NCBI RefSeq assembly: GCF_009914755.1
Contig: NC_060925.1
Strand: one strand, 5' to 3'
Length of the DNA stretch: 64,000 bases
DNA from: the human T2T-CHM13v2.0 reference genome, Homo sapiens
Shown piece by piece: positions 28,017-42,500 of the stretch (its first letter is position 1; the number at the start of each line of letters is the position of its first letter). The notes under the pieces are model-generated. The model ran no database searches. It was not told where the DNA came from and was given only the letters and a program-made list of their open reading frames with translations. The translations under genes were made by a program, and so were the position numbers.

Positions 28017-29065
28017 ACTGAGGCACATAAAAATGAAGTAACTTTTCTTTGATAATGCCAACATTCACACTTGTATCAGTCTAATAATTCTAAAGACTGT
28101 GCTTTTTCCACAATACTCCTTTTCTTTACTGGATAAAAGAGTAGCGAAGAGTCCACCTCTTCAACTTGAGAAGGGAAGAAAGAGGTAGAGGAGATAGAGA
28201 GGGTAAGAGAAAGGAGAGAGGACAGGTAGTGAGCAAAGTTGAGGGAGGAAGAAAGGAGCTTTTAGATTGAAGATTGAGAGCAACTGATGTAGATCGTTTG
28301 GAGGTGGAAGAAGAAAAACAAGTCTTATAAAGTGATAACACAAGTTTTATCAAAATGGCAGCAGTCGGCTGTGTTTTTGTCACTTTCAAGAGGACACCTA
28401 GTATATAGAAATGATAATAATGGCTACCACAACTTAAGGGGAATTGTGTTTTGACAAGCTTCCTGCAACTGATGATCTATTCTTATCACTGTCATTCATA
28501 CAACTTCAACTAATGACCACACTGCTACACACAAAGCAGCTCAACAAAGTAGCTAATCTAGATAATAAATAACAATCTTGTTCGTACGAAATAGAAAATA
28601 ACCATAATTTTCTGAGGGTAAAAAAGCCAACTATGCCATTGTACATTCAACGTTTACAAAATTTCTTGTTGTTATAAATAACAAGGGGAGAGGAAGCTAG
28701 TTCCAGAGGACATCTGGAATGAAAGATCGTTCACTGGAATTTTTTAGAGTTTGATTATGAAATACTTATTAATCTGGATTCTCTAATCTACAGTATAATC
28801 CTGTCGTTGTATGTAGCTTTGAGATACATAAGGTTTCAGATTAAAAAGTCTTTCCATATGTTTATAACCAGTCACATAAAGGTCGTGTATTTTACTGAAA
28901 TGTTTTGAGTTATCTTAATGATACTTAGCTTCTTTCATAAGGCATATAGTCACAGTTGAGCTAAGTAGCAGGACACACAGGGAAGACAATGCATTATTAA
29001 TTTTAGAAATCTTTCCCTTTACCATTCTTGCAAAATTAATCTGATACTAAAATATGATACTAAGA

Positions 29066-29363
29066 GGCTGGGCATGGTGGCTCATTCCTGTTATACCTGC
29101 ACTTTGAGACGCCAAGGCAGGTGGATGGATCGCTTGAGTCCAGGAATTCAAAACCAGCCTGGGCAACATGGTGAAACCTCATCTCTACCAAAAAAAAAAA
29201 AAAAAAAAAAACCCACAAAAAGTAGCCTAGTATGATGGCGCGCCTATAGTGCCAGCTTCTCAGGAGGCTGACGTGAGAGAATCGCTTGAGCCTGGAAGGT
29301 GGAGGTTTCAGTGAGCTGCGATCACAGCACTGCATTCAAGCCTGGGTGATGGAGCGAGACTGT

Positions 29364-29413
<50 letters not shown>
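29066..29413 (+). mobile_element. AluJ with (CA)n tail
   Basis: Sense Alu with a long mid A-run; tail converted to (CA)n. Confidence 0.92.
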
Positions 29414-29416
<3 letters not shown>

Positions 29417-30059
29417 TTCTGAGAAAGAAGAAAAGGCATTATTGCGACTCTAACCACAATTTTTAATTAGCCTCTCAGCTAGTAGTATCTAGAATTTTTA
29501 TGCACAAAATACTATAATAATCCTGAAAAGTTACTTTATTTAAAAAAAAAAACCCACAATTTATTCTGTATACAAATAGCCAAAGACATAATTGAAGCTG
29601 GGGAGAAGAAACCACTGAAATTTAATTCTGCTTCTCAGGTTTCATATCACATAAGAAACAGATACACATTTCTTCTAAGTTGTTCGACCTAATGACATAA
29701 TGCTATTCATAACATTTTCTTATCCTTTTAGTGTTTATGGAATCTGTAGTAATGTCCCCATTTCATTTATGATATTGATACTTTGTAGCTTGTCTCTTTT
29801 TTCCTTGATTAATCTGGCTAAAGATTTTTCAGTTTTATTAATCTTTTCAAAGAACCAGCTTTTTGTGTTACTAACGTTTTTATGATATTTAAAAATAAAT
29901 ATTAATGATAGAATAGTTTTTGATTTATAGAAAAATCACCAAGATAGTACAGAGTTCCCATATGCTTCACACCCAATTTCCCTATTACTTATATTAACAT
30001 CCTTATTAATATGGTACATTCATCATACTTAATGAAACAATATTAACCATTATTATTAA

Positions 30060-30290
<231 letters not shown>

Positions 30291-31519
30291 TAGATTATTT
30301 TTACCTAACATTCTTTTTCTGTTTCAGGATGCCATCTAGGATACCACATTTAACTTTGGTTGTCATATCTTCTGAGATCCGATCCATCTTGGCATCTTGG
30401 CTGTGACAGTCTCTCAGGCGTTCTTTATTTTTTATGACCTTGACAGTTTTGAGGAGTATTGATAAGGTTTTGTAAAAGTACCTCAACTGGGATTTGCAGT
30501 TTTTTTTTTTTTAATCATAGTTAGACTCAGTTTAAGGTTTTTATTTACAGGGAGACACAAAGGTAAAGTGCCATTTTCATTACATCATGTCAAGGGTACA
30601 CACTATCAACATGACTTAACATTGTTAATGTTGATCACCTTGTTGAGATAGTGTTTGCTAGGTTTCTCTGCTGTAAAGTTACTTTTTCCCCCTTATTTCC
30701 ATTCTGTATTCTTTGGAAGTCACTGTGCTCAGCACACTTAAGGAATGATGTGTTATATTCCACCTCCTTGAGGGTAGAGTGTCTACACAGATTACTTGAA
30801 ATTGTTCTGCACAGATTTGTCCACCCTCCTACCCCATTTATTTATTTATTTATATCACTAGACTCATGGATATTTATTCATACCTTGCATTACTATCCAA
30901 TAGTTCTTTATATATTCTATCACTCAAATTGTTCTAGCTTTAGCCATTGGGTACTCTTTTAGTTGGATCCTTGACCCCATCATTGTACCTTTGTTTGAAT
31001 ATATCCTTACTTTTTGGCACTACAAGATGCTCCAGGCCCATCTTACATATTTCCTGTTCCAGTCCTGTAATGAGCCATTTCTCCAAAGAGCCCTGGTTCC
31101 TTTTATTGGAGAATAATATTAGAAGTCATGATCTAGGCACTAGGTATGTTTGTTTATACTGGGGCATCGTTGCTTCTAGGTCCTCTCTGCTGACAGAGCA
31201 AGAAATTAAATGTGTTTATACTGATTCGTGTATATACACATATTGATAAGCATTTCTGTATGTGACCACCTGTATCTATATAAGCTAAATGTAAGTTCAT
31301 ATTAATGTTTCTGACTCTAATCCATTACTATCTGGATCATTCTACCCTTCTCCCCTGGCATATCTGTAAACTCCCACTCCAACAATTCGAAACTTGGACT
31401 CCCACTCATTTACTTATTTTTTCAGTTCCAATACATGTATACAGTTCCACTATACATGTATAGTGGTTTTCAGAATTGTTAATCCATATCCCTTTGGGAA
31501 ACAGCTTCATCAACTAGAG

Positions 31520-31853
31520 CAGCAGTCCCCAACCTTTTTGTTTTGTGGAAGACAATTTTTCCATGGACTGGGGTGGGGGTGGGTAGGTGGGGGAAATGGT
31601 TTCGGGATCAAACTGTTCCACCTCAGATCGTCAGGCGTTAAGATTCTTGTAAGGAGTGTGCAGCCTAGAACCTTCGCATGAGCAGTTCACAGTGGGGTTT
31701 GCAATTGCATGAGAATTGAATGCCACCACTGATCTGACAGGAGGTGCAGCTCAGGCAGTAATGCTCACTCACCCACCGCTCACCTCCTGCTGTGTGGCCC
31801 ACTTGCTAACAGGCCCTAACAGGCCATGGACTGGTACCAGTTAGGGACCCCTG
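31520..31853 (+). mobile_element. MER1B (hAT-Charlie)
   Basis: CAGCAGTCCCCAACCTTTT...GGGACCCCTG with perfect 8-bp TSD AACTAGAG at 31512-19 and 31854-61. Confidence 0.9.
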
Positions 31854-33149
31854 AACTAGAGTATAGTGCTTACATATAATGTCTTTCATGTTTAGTTTTA
31901 CAGACTTCACTAGTTTCCAGGGTTACTTAGGACAGCACCCTTTCCCACCCACCATCTTCAGTAAGATTGTTTCACACCATGTGTATTACAAATAGATTGT
32001 TTTGTCACATTCTGCATTCAATCCTGGGATTCCCAGACCTCCTAAAGAATTTATTTTAAATTTGTATCCTTTAAGATTCACACTTTGTGCTGCAAAGTTC
32101 TATGGGTTGTAACAAATATATAGTGTCATATATCCATCATTACTGTATCATAGGGAATAGTTCCACTGCCAAGAATATCCCGAAGAATATCCTGTACTTC
32201 ACCTGTTCAGTACCCCCGACCCACTCCCTTCTTTTGGCAGCCAACTTATATGTTTACCATCTCTCCAGTTTTGCCTTTTCTGGAATATCATATTGTTAAA
32301 ATCATAGAGTATGTAGACTTCTCAAACTGACTCCTTTCATGTAGTAATATGCCTTTAGGATTCATCCATGTCTTTGTGTGGCTTAATATCTCATTCCTTT
32401 GCATCACTGAATAGTATTTATGTACCTATTGAGGGACATTTTTGTTGCTTCTAGTTTTTGGTGATTATGAATAAAGTTGGTATAAAATACATCCATGTGT
32501 GGGTTTCTGTGTGGACATAAGTTTTCAGACAGTTGTGTAAATACCTAGGAGCATGATTGCTGGATTATGTAGTAAGACTGTGTTTAACTTTTTCTGAAAT
32601 TGCCAAACTGTACTCCAAAATATACCATTTTGCATTCTTACCAGCAATGAATGAGAGTTCCTGTTGCTCTGTATCCTCACCAGCAGTTGGTTAGTATTTT
32701 GGATTTTAGCCAGTCTAATAGGTATGTAGTGTTAAAACAACAAATCTCACTGTTGCATTCCCCTAATGAAAGATGATGTTGATCATTTTTTGTATGCATA
32801 TTTGCTATCTGTGTATTTTCTTTGGTAAGCTGCCCATTCAGACCTTATGCCCATTTTTAAAATTGAGTTATCTGTTTTTATATTGGTGAACTTTATAGAG
32901 TCTTTGTATATTTTGGATACAAGTCCTTTGTCAGATATGTGTTTTGCAGATATTTTCTTCCAGTTTATATCTTGTCTTTTGACTCTCTTACCAGTGTGTT
33001 TTGCAAAGAATTTAATTTTAATTAAATCCTGCAAATTAATTTTTTCATGGAGTATGCTTTTGGTGTTACATCCAAAAACTCATCAAAATCCAGGTCACGT
33101 ATAATTTTTCCTGTTTTTTTTTTTAAAGAAGTTTTATACTTTTACATTT

Positions 33150-33217
33150 TACATTTAGATCTATGTTCCATTTTTAGTTTATTTACATTTAGATCTGTGT
33201 TCCATTTTTAGTTTATT
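33150..33217. repeat. 34-bp tandem duplication within L1
   Basis: TACATTTAGATCTRTGTTCCATTTTTAGTTTATT x2. Confidence 0.9.
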
Positions 33218-35520
33218 TTGTGAAAGATGTTAGGTTTGTGTTTAGGTTCATAGTTTTACATACAGGCATCCAATGTTTCAGCATTATTTGTTGAAATACT
33301 ATTCTTTCTCCATTGAATTACTTGTTTCCTTTTGTCAAAAACCAGTTAACTATATAAATGTGTGTCTTTTTCCAGTCTCTCTATTCTGTTTCATTGCTTT
33401 TTCTGTTCTTTGTAGATACTATGCTCTCTTGATTACTGTAGCTTTGTAGTAGGTCTTAAGATCTGCTACAGTGTGATCCTTCAACTTTGTTCTTTTTCAG
33501 TATTGTGTTGGTTATTCTAGGTCTTTTCCTATTTCATATAAACTTTAGGGATAATTTGTTATCCACAAAACAACTTGCTGGAAATTTAATTGAGATTGTG
33601 TTGAATATATAGAACAAATAGGGAAGAATTGAATCTTTTCAAAATTGAGTCTTCCAATCCATGAATTTAGAATTTCTCTTATTTAGATCTTCTTTGGTTT
33701 CTTTCATCGATGTTCCATAGCTTTTGCATGCAGGTTCTGTACATATTTTGTTAGGTTTATACTGAAGTATTTCTTTTCTATTCTCTTTTTGTTGTATGTG
33801 TGGGGATGCCATCATAAATGGTTTTAGTTTTAGTTTTTTTTTTTTTAATTTTCAAATTGTAGTTGTTTGTTGCTGGCATAAAGGAAATCAATAGTCTTTT
33901 GCTTATTAACCTTGTATCCTGTGACCTTGCTATAACTGCTTTTTGGTTCCGAGAGGTTTTTAGTAGAGTCTTTACATTTTTTTTTTCTACAGACAGTCAT
34001 GTCATTTGCAAATAAAGGCAGGTTTATTTCTTCTTTTCCTAACTATTGCTCTAGTTAGGATGTATGGTAGGATGCTGAAGAGGAATGATGACAGATGGGT
34101 AACATCTTTGTCTTGTTATCCATCTTAGAGAGAAAGTGGCCAGTCTCTCATCATTAAGTATGTTAGTTATAGGTTTTTTGTAGATGTTTTTTACAAAGTT
34201 GAGGAAATTTGCTGAGAAGGTTTTTTAAATTTTTTTTTTTTGGCTTGGGGGTATATAAGAAGGTTTGTTAACATAGATGAACTCATGTCATGGGGAGTGA
34301 GGGGGTTAAATCATGAATGGGTGTTGGACTTTTTTCCCAGCTCCCTTTTTGGTCTTCAGTTGATATGATTATATGATTTTTCTTCTTTATCCTGTTTATA
34401 TGGTGGATTACATTTATTGATTTGAACTGTTGAACCAGCCTTGCACACCTAGAATCTCACTTGGTTATGTTATATAATTCTTCCTATGAAATGCTGGATA
34501 TGATTTGCTAATATTTTGTTGAGAGTCTTTATATTCATGTTTATGAGAGATATTGTTCTATTGTTTTCCTTTCTTGTAATGTCTCTCTCTGGTTTTGGTA
34601 TTAGGATAATGCTGGCTTCATAGATTGAATTAGGAGTGTTCCATCTACTTCTGTTTTCTGGAAGAGATTGTGGAGAATTGTTATTGCTTGTTCCTTAAAT
34701 GTTCGGTAGAATTTACCATTGAAACTATCTGGACCTGGTACTTTGTTTTTTGAAAGTTTATTATTTATTCAATATCATTAATAAATATAGAGCTATTAAA
34801 GTTATCTATTTCTTTTTGTGTGAATTTTGGTAAATTACATCTTTTAAGGAATTTTTCATTTAAGTTATCATATTTATGGACAAAGTGTTGTTTGTAACAT
34901 TTATTGTCCGCATAACGTCCATGTGATCAGTAGTGATGACTTTTCTCTTTTTTTTTTTCTTCTGATACTGACAATTTATCTTCTCTCCTTTTTATTTTCT
35001 TATACTGGGTAGAGATTTATCTATTTTGTTGATCTATTCAAAGAACCAGCTTCTGGTTTTGTTTGTTTTTCTCTGTTGATTCTCCGTTTTCATTTCCATT
35101 GATTTCTACTCTGTTATTTTTTTTACTTCTGCTTACATTAGGCTTAAATAAGGTCTGTTGGAAGTGAATTCACTCAGCTTTTTAAAAAAGTATTTTGCCT
35201 TCATTTTTGAAGGGTATGGTATGTTTTACTAATTATAGAATTTCATTTCTTTTCTTTCTGTACATTTAAAGTCTTGTTCCATCATCTTGAGGCTTGATTC
35301 TTTCCGATGAGTAGTAGTCAGCAGTCATTCTCCTATTTGTTCCCCTGCATGTAATACTTACCCTCCTCTGGCTGTTATTATTATTTTGTTTCTATATAAC
35401 CAGTTTTCAGTAATTTAATTATTATGTGTCTTGGTGTGGTTTTCTTGGTTTTATCCTGCATGGGATTTGTTGTTGGTTTTATGGATTTTTAGTTCAAATT
35501 TCAAAAACATTTCAGCCTTC

Positions 35521-35849
35521 TTTCTTCCTTTTTCTTTTTTCTTTCTTTTTTTGGGGGGTTGGGCAGGCAGGGTCTCTCTGTGTTGCCCATGCTAGATGAC
35601 AGTGGTACAATCATAGCTCACTTCAGCCTCCAACTCCTGGGCTCTAGTGATCCTCCCGCCTCAACTTTCTGAGTAGTTAGGACTACAAGCATGTGCCACC
35701 ATGCCTTACCAATTGTTCATTTTTATTTTTTGTGGAGAGAAGGGTCTCTGTGTTGCCCAGGTTGGTCTCGAACTCCTGGCCTAAAGCAATCCTCCTGCCT
35801 CGGCCTCCCAAAGTGCTGGGATTATAGGTGTGATCCACTGCACCCGGCT
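35521..35849 (-). mobile_element. AluJ
   Basis: Antisense AluJ motifs. Confidence 0.9.
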
Positions 35850-36490
35850 TATTTCTTCAACTATATTTGTTTCTCCTCCCTTTCTATTTTTTTCACCAGG
35901 GATTCCTTGATAACCTCCATAGGCCACTGGCCACTGTTTTCAGCCCTTTTTCCCCCACTCTGTTTTTCAATTGGTGTATTTTAGATTGCCATATCTTATT
36001 GTTCACTGATATTTTCTTTGTGGTATTTAATCTACTGTTCTATTCATCAAGTAAATTTTTCATGTTAGATACTGTATTTTTTAATTCTAGAACTTCTATT
36101 TGGTCCTTTAAAAAATATCTTTCACTTCTCTCCTTGTTAGCACATTGAATATGTTTATAATAGCTGTTTTATAGTCTTTCCTAATTCTATCATGTCTGTC
36201 ATTTCAGTAGGTATTGTACCTACTGACTGATTTTCTTTTTTCTGGTTGAAGTTCACAAAAGGTGAACCAGTCCTGTGCTCTCTGTTGTCTAGTATCTGAA
36301 AAAAAGTTCACAAAAGGTGAACCACAACCGGAAAAACTGTTACTTGGGAAACAATTTTTACATTTTTGATGGTTTGATTTTTGTTGTCTTTCTTTAATTA
36401 TGACTGGGTTTAAACTTCTTGAGAATCAGCTTGCTAGTTTTGAGGCTTGATTGAAAGCTTTATTAGGGTGGATCTGAAGTACCCTTTTTA

Positions 36491-36636
36491 CTTTTCTTTT
36501 TCTAAGAGACAGAGTCTCACTCTGCAGAAGTACAGTCATAGCTTCACTGTAACCTTGAACTCCTGTCCTCAAGGAGTTCTTCCATCTTGGCCTCTCAAAG
36601 CACTAGAATTACAGGTGTGAGCCACAGCACCTGGCC
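36491..36636 (-). mobile_element. FLAM/Alu monomer
   Basis: GAGACAGAGTCTCACTCTG...TTACAGGTGTGAGCCACAGCACCTGGCC. Confidence 0.75.
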
Positions 36637-38401
36637 CCAAAGTATGCTTTTTTTTCTAGGACTAATTTACTCTTACTATTAATACCAATGTGTAACCCTT
36701 TGGAAGATAGCTATACAATGCTCTGGGTATTCAACAAAGTCTCTTCCTCTTTGACTTGAAGGATCCCAAATGACCTCCAGCCCTGAGTAAGTTATGGAAC
36801 TTTTCAGCTTATATCTCCCTAGCAGTTTTCTTTGCCTTCAGTCATGAAGTTTAATCCTACTTACATACACTTTAATATTCAACCAATAACTCAAGGGGAT
36901 TTCTGTACATTTCTGGATCATTTTCTCTTTGTAACTCCCTTTTCTTTGGTATTCTACCCTGAAAATTCTACCAGTCTCAGTCTCCCTAAACTCCCATTTC
37001 TGTTTCCTCAAATTCATTGAGGCCATTGTATTCTGCCTATGTTCCCTCTCCTTGTACCAGTTTTCAAAACATGACTCCTGCTTAAAATCTGGGATTATTA
37101 TAGGATTTATTGATAGGTTTTCCTTTTCTTAGGGATCACAGTCCTGTGCTCTGTTGTCTAGCATCTGAAAAAAAGTTGTTTCATATATTTTGTCTGGTTT
37201 TCTAGGTGTTTATAGGAGGGCAAGTTCAGTATCGGTCACTTGGTCATAATAGGAAATGGATGATGGCAGTTTCATTTTTAGTACGATATTAATTACATCA
37301 CCAAAAAGTCTGCCACTAAAGGAATTTTACTTTGCAGATTATTTAAAGTATTTCCTCTCAAAAGCATGTTCAAATAAAACTTAGAAGTAGTAAAATTCTT
37401 CAACTTACATTCGGATTCTATGATTCTTAAGCTTACATTCTGTGATCCTAATTCAACATTTATTGAATGAGTGTTACTATTTAGAAGGCAAATGATACTC
37501 TTCATTATTTACAGATATCTGTATACTAGCTTAAATTGTTTTGCTTGAGGGTGATGAACCACAGGAGTCACTAAAAGTACCTAATTTCTAAATTTTATAC
37601 CCTCTAAAAAGCTATGAATACTGTTTCTCTGATGGGACCACTGAGTTCACTTAATATAGAGCCATATTTACCGGTGCCAGTTATAAAATTGAGACCCATA
37701 TGGTAGTTAGAAGCATTCAAGATAAAGGCAAATAACCATAGCAATTATTGTGGTTCGCTTCAAATGTTGATTTATGTTACCTGTGTAAATCTGGAGTGAT
37801 GACATTGATACCAGCTGCATCATTATCAACCATGAGTTACTACATGAATGACTGATAATATTCTCCCAAACTACTATTTTATGGCTAATCATTATGGCAT
37901 AAAATAAGAGACCTTCAGCAATAGCATAATTACAGTTCTTATATTCCTTGGTATGTATTCCACAAATTTTGTTAAATAAAAATTGATTGTCATGTGAGGA
38001 TATAATAACCAATTCTTGCTACATTAGTGGGGTCCATTTGTAAATAGGGTTGTAGGACTGTGTGGTAGAAATGCTGACATCTGTCTATCCTTGAATACAA
38101 GTACCAGATACAGGAGAAAGAAAGACCAAAGTAAACCAGAGAATTCATCCTGAGTCATTGGTCTTATGAGTATACTTTTCTGTAGAACCAAAAATTTAAC
38201 GAATACATTTTTCTGGAAGCTTTAGAGTTATTTCACTTTTCAGTAAAGGCCACAGCATTTCTGTTACATTGTATATTGGAGTGATTATATCTAGTTTATA
38301 AATGGCACGAATATGTTCTACACAACCCAATGACCTCGCAGTCTCACTGTAAAAAACAGTAAATGAGCCAATAAGATAATCAAATCTGAAAATAATCTAT
38401 A

Positions 38402-38657
38402 CCAGTTGTCTCAAAAGTATGGTGTATACATCCCTGGGAGTACAAAGATAATCCTCTGGGGTTCAGGATAAAATTATTAGCACATCTATTTATGTGTTTT
38501 TTTCTCATTGTGTTTAAATTTATGTTTCTATCTTTTGCAATGTATATTTACAGCAGTCCACGAATGTAATTTATAAATACACCTGGATAGAGATGCATGT
38601 CCAATTGTTTTTGTAAACTGATGGTACATGTTGGGAAAACAAAGTTGAAACTACTGC
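38402..38657. mobile_element. hAT-type MITE
   Basis: Degenerate TIRs CAGTTGTCTCAA...TTGAAACTACTG. Confidence 0.5.
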
Positions 38658-38671
38658 TTTGTGCTGTGAAC

Positions 38672-38867
38672 CAGTGGTTCTCAACTGGGGGCATGCTGAG
38701 TAGTGTCATGTCAAGGGGGCAAGGGTGTGCTACTGACATCTAGTGGGTGGATGCCAGGGATGCTGCTAAATAAACATCCTTGAGTTCACAGGACAGCTTT
38801 CCTTCAGCCCCCTACCCCACCTTCCGCAGAAAGAATTATCTGGTCTAAAATGAGTTTGAGAAACACA
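38672..38867 (+). mobile_element. MER20 (hAT-Charlie)
   Basis: CAGTGGTTCTCAACTGGGGGC...GCCAGGGATGCTGCTAAA...AAGAATTATCTGG...TTGAGAAAC. Confidence 0.85.
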
Positions 38868-41800
38868 GGTATATACTGTGTATTTCTTTTTCCTTGAAGG
38901 AGGGATCGCAAAGAAGTGAGTCTAGCCTGTTTATTTTCTTTTTCATCTTGCTGTTGGCTGACTACTTGGTTTTCTTACGTATATGTCTATATTTTCCAAT
39001 ATCTCAAAAATAGGCACAAGAGAACTGAAGGTACTTAATTTTATAAAACCAAAAGAATACTCTGAACAGTTAGAGGAAAAGAGGTAACAAAATGTGTAAG
39101 GCCTTACACACAGAGTGGTATCTAAAATATTTGTTTGTGGTTTTACACTTCTAAGATTAACTGAATATGTTCATTAAGTTCTAATTTTTGTTTTGTAATT
39201 CCTATCAAATCTTTTGATGCTTTATGAACTGCATTGGTGTACTGATTCATTGAAATCTAAAAAGAAAGCTGCTACTGATAAGATTGACAGGAAGGAATCT
39301 ATCTAGCTAGAATAAACTACGTGCAAAGTAAAGAACAAGGAGTCCGTGATCTAATGATTTTTGTGAAAGATTCTGACTTGAGGGTTTAATTTCCAAATTG
39401 GTATGCTTCTCATATGCGTGATCTTATGCATATTAAACTTTGTTGTAATTTCATAGTTAAAAAAAAAAAAATCCCCTATATGTAGCCGGAATAAACAGTC
39501 ACTGTGAGTTGTCCATTTTAGAGCATAGGTTTTTAGGTGGTGAAGACCTGTCCTTAGTTGAATTTGTATGTGAATTAAACTCTTATTTTTATAACAATTC
39601 ACTTGAGTTCTTTAAATAAAGATGATGCCAAAGAGATGTAAGGCTTGTCTCTCAGAAGAATAGTAAGGATTAATGGCTTCAGGTATTAGGAGAATTAAAT
39701 AGAATAGTATTCTATCACCATCTAATTGCTTTTTCTTTTGATAATATGTGCCACAGAATGTGAAACAGCTACTGTTCACTCCACTGAGAGATACTTAGGA
39801 TGCTTTCGGTCAGCCTAGCTGAATTGTTAGCATGATCCTTAATTAAAATCATCCAAATGATAGAAGGTTCTTCCTGAAGTCAGTGGAAAAACCTCTTAGC
39901 ATACACTCTAGAACTCAAAAGGAGCTTAAAAGTGGGAACAACTTTAGAGTTACAGGCAGAATTAGACGCAGTTAATAATAGCACTTCTCAAACTGTATGT
40001 GCTTTTAAAAAATTTCAGTATGTTGTGAGCCAATAATTTTGTTAAATATAATATAAATGAATAGATAAATGAAAAAAAAACACATACAAAAACAAGCCAT
40101 AATTTTAAAATTTAGATTCAACAGACATAATATTACTGTCAAATTGCAATGAAGGTTTCTAAATACTTATCCTCTATTATTATATCCATCTTGACATAGC
40201 CTGGTAACAGTTTGTGGATCATCAGAAGCCTGTGAACCAAACTTTGGGTTGCACGAATTTCAGTAGAAATTATATGAAATAAAATTTCTTTCTCTGCCGT
40301 TTACACGTTAGCTTTTGTTCAGTACAGATTTCTGCTTACTTTCAAATGCTGTCTTGTCTTCAAAGCTTTCCTTGACTTTCCCAAGCTGACTTGGGTAATT
40401 CCTAGCCTATAATCTTGCTGTATCCCCAAAGGGCCTCTAGTATAGCAACTGTGATATCAATTCATTTATTTCATTTAAAGAAAATGTAAAAATAGTCCTT
40501 AAGACCTAGAAAGGTTTGTGGCACACAGACAATAAGTAAATGTTTATTTAATGAATGAAATAAAAAACGAATGAATTGTAGCAAAATCCTGAGGCTTTAA
40601 TAACAACACACACTGGATAAAGGAAAACTTCATTTTGCAGAAAGAAAAGACAGTTTCTCAGTCTCAAAAGACTTATGTGAATCTAATTATTATAAAAATA
40701 ACCCTTGATAGACACCTGAACACATGCATACATTTCATAACTGTATAACACAGACTGTGGAGGTGAAGGAGCATATGGACCTAAATAAAAACTCAAGACC
40801 CCTTAAGAGAACTTGCTAGCAATGCTGATTTAAATAATTTTTAACAGTGAGGGGGTCGGAGGTGGGGATGGGAAAGGGAGTTGAAAATTAATGCCCCCAG
40901 AGTTTCGTGGTACTCTGTGCTATCTTTTTTCTTTTCCCTGTCCCTCCAACTGTTAATATTTGGTATCTTGTTATACTACTTTTATTTCAGTAAATATTTG
41001 ATGACAGTCTATTATCTACTCTGTTAGGCACCTTGGAGAGTACAAAGAGAAATGCATGAAATTAACTAAAAGACAAAAAAATGCATTAGGTAGAAGTGCA
41101 ATAGCACATGAACGAAGAACTTTTAAAAATATGAATAAATTATTTTAAAATTAAAAGTGTTCAAATACAGAATGCTTTTCAAATCTGTGTTTCTTCTGAG
41201 GCAGTCTATGGATATGCTTAGGACAGCTGTTTTAGATGACACATCTATATAAATGTGAAGTAGATTTATTTTCTTTAAACAAACCATTAGTGTATGTGTG
41301 TATATACACACACACATACATGTGATGTTGAACTAGCTTCATCAACTTCTCAATAAATGGACACATTTAGCTTCTAAAGGTAGAAACGAGTCTAAAAGGG
41401 AAGAAGATGGTAAGCAATTTAGCAACCTACAGTCTTCTTCAGTTTTTGATCTGTATCTAAGTAGGCAAATGAATATATTTCTTTCAGTACTTCCTCCTCT
41501 GAGTCTGGCCAGCTATTTCCTTTGCATTCTGTCTCCAAGGCACTGGTTTAGGGGAAGGAAGTACAGAAGTCTGAAGTCCTAGGTTGTTGGCACTGCCCCT
41601 GGGGAAAGTGAGATATCTTGCATTACTTCTTGGGTATGTGCACATTTCCAGTTCCCACAGAGAAGCCGATCCCTGGCAGAAGGCAGATAGAGACAGCCAG
41701 ACTGAGTCACAATTAGAGAATCAGGGAAATTATTTTTTTAAAAAAACAAAGGCTCTTAGTAGGGTCAAATTTTTACATAGCGAAACAGGAAGCAGCGAAA

Positions 41801-42500
41801 AAAATATATTTAAATCTAGATCACGTTTGAGGGAACTCATCCCAAAATTTTCAGGTTTTTCTGCCATGACAAATAAATCAGTGTGGATTCATGTGACAAT
41901 TACATCTGTTGATTTTCCTTCACAAACATTGACTGATAATCTTCTGGTGTATTTTATCTCTATCTCCTAGCAGCATAATGCTCTTTAAATATGGTTCATA
42001 GGATAAACGCAAGTCAGGTTATTGAATGTTAAAGACCACAATAAATAACAAACTGTCTTTTCTGCCCCAACCCTCCTTTTTCTGATTGGAAAATTATTTG
42101 TTGGGAAAGCCTTGCAACAGTAAAATAAATTACTTTTGTTCATAATATAATGAATTTTTATATTGAAAATAATAAAAATTAAATCAGCACTTTTGAAAAA
42201 CTGAGGACATGATTTTATGACATGACGCTTTGTAAAACTTAATTCTATTTGGAAATTCTTTAAACTTTCTTTAAAAAAAAGTTTTTTCTTTTCTTTCCCT
42301 TCCTTTTCTTTCTTTCCCTCCTTCACCCTGTTCTTTCTTAGCAGCTAGCACAGGTAGTTGATATATTATTTCCCTACCTAGATTTAAATGTCCTGTTTGG
42401 AACGGAGTTATTCCTTTTTTCCTTGTACCTAAACACTTAGATTGCCTCATAATACATGAAACTTAAACATAATTTACCACGAGTACTTGACACAAAGAAT

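Noticed and set aside
41584-41970. 128-aa ORF in unique sequence
   Set aside because: Non-ATG start, no recognisable domain and no convincing splice context; compatible with chance.
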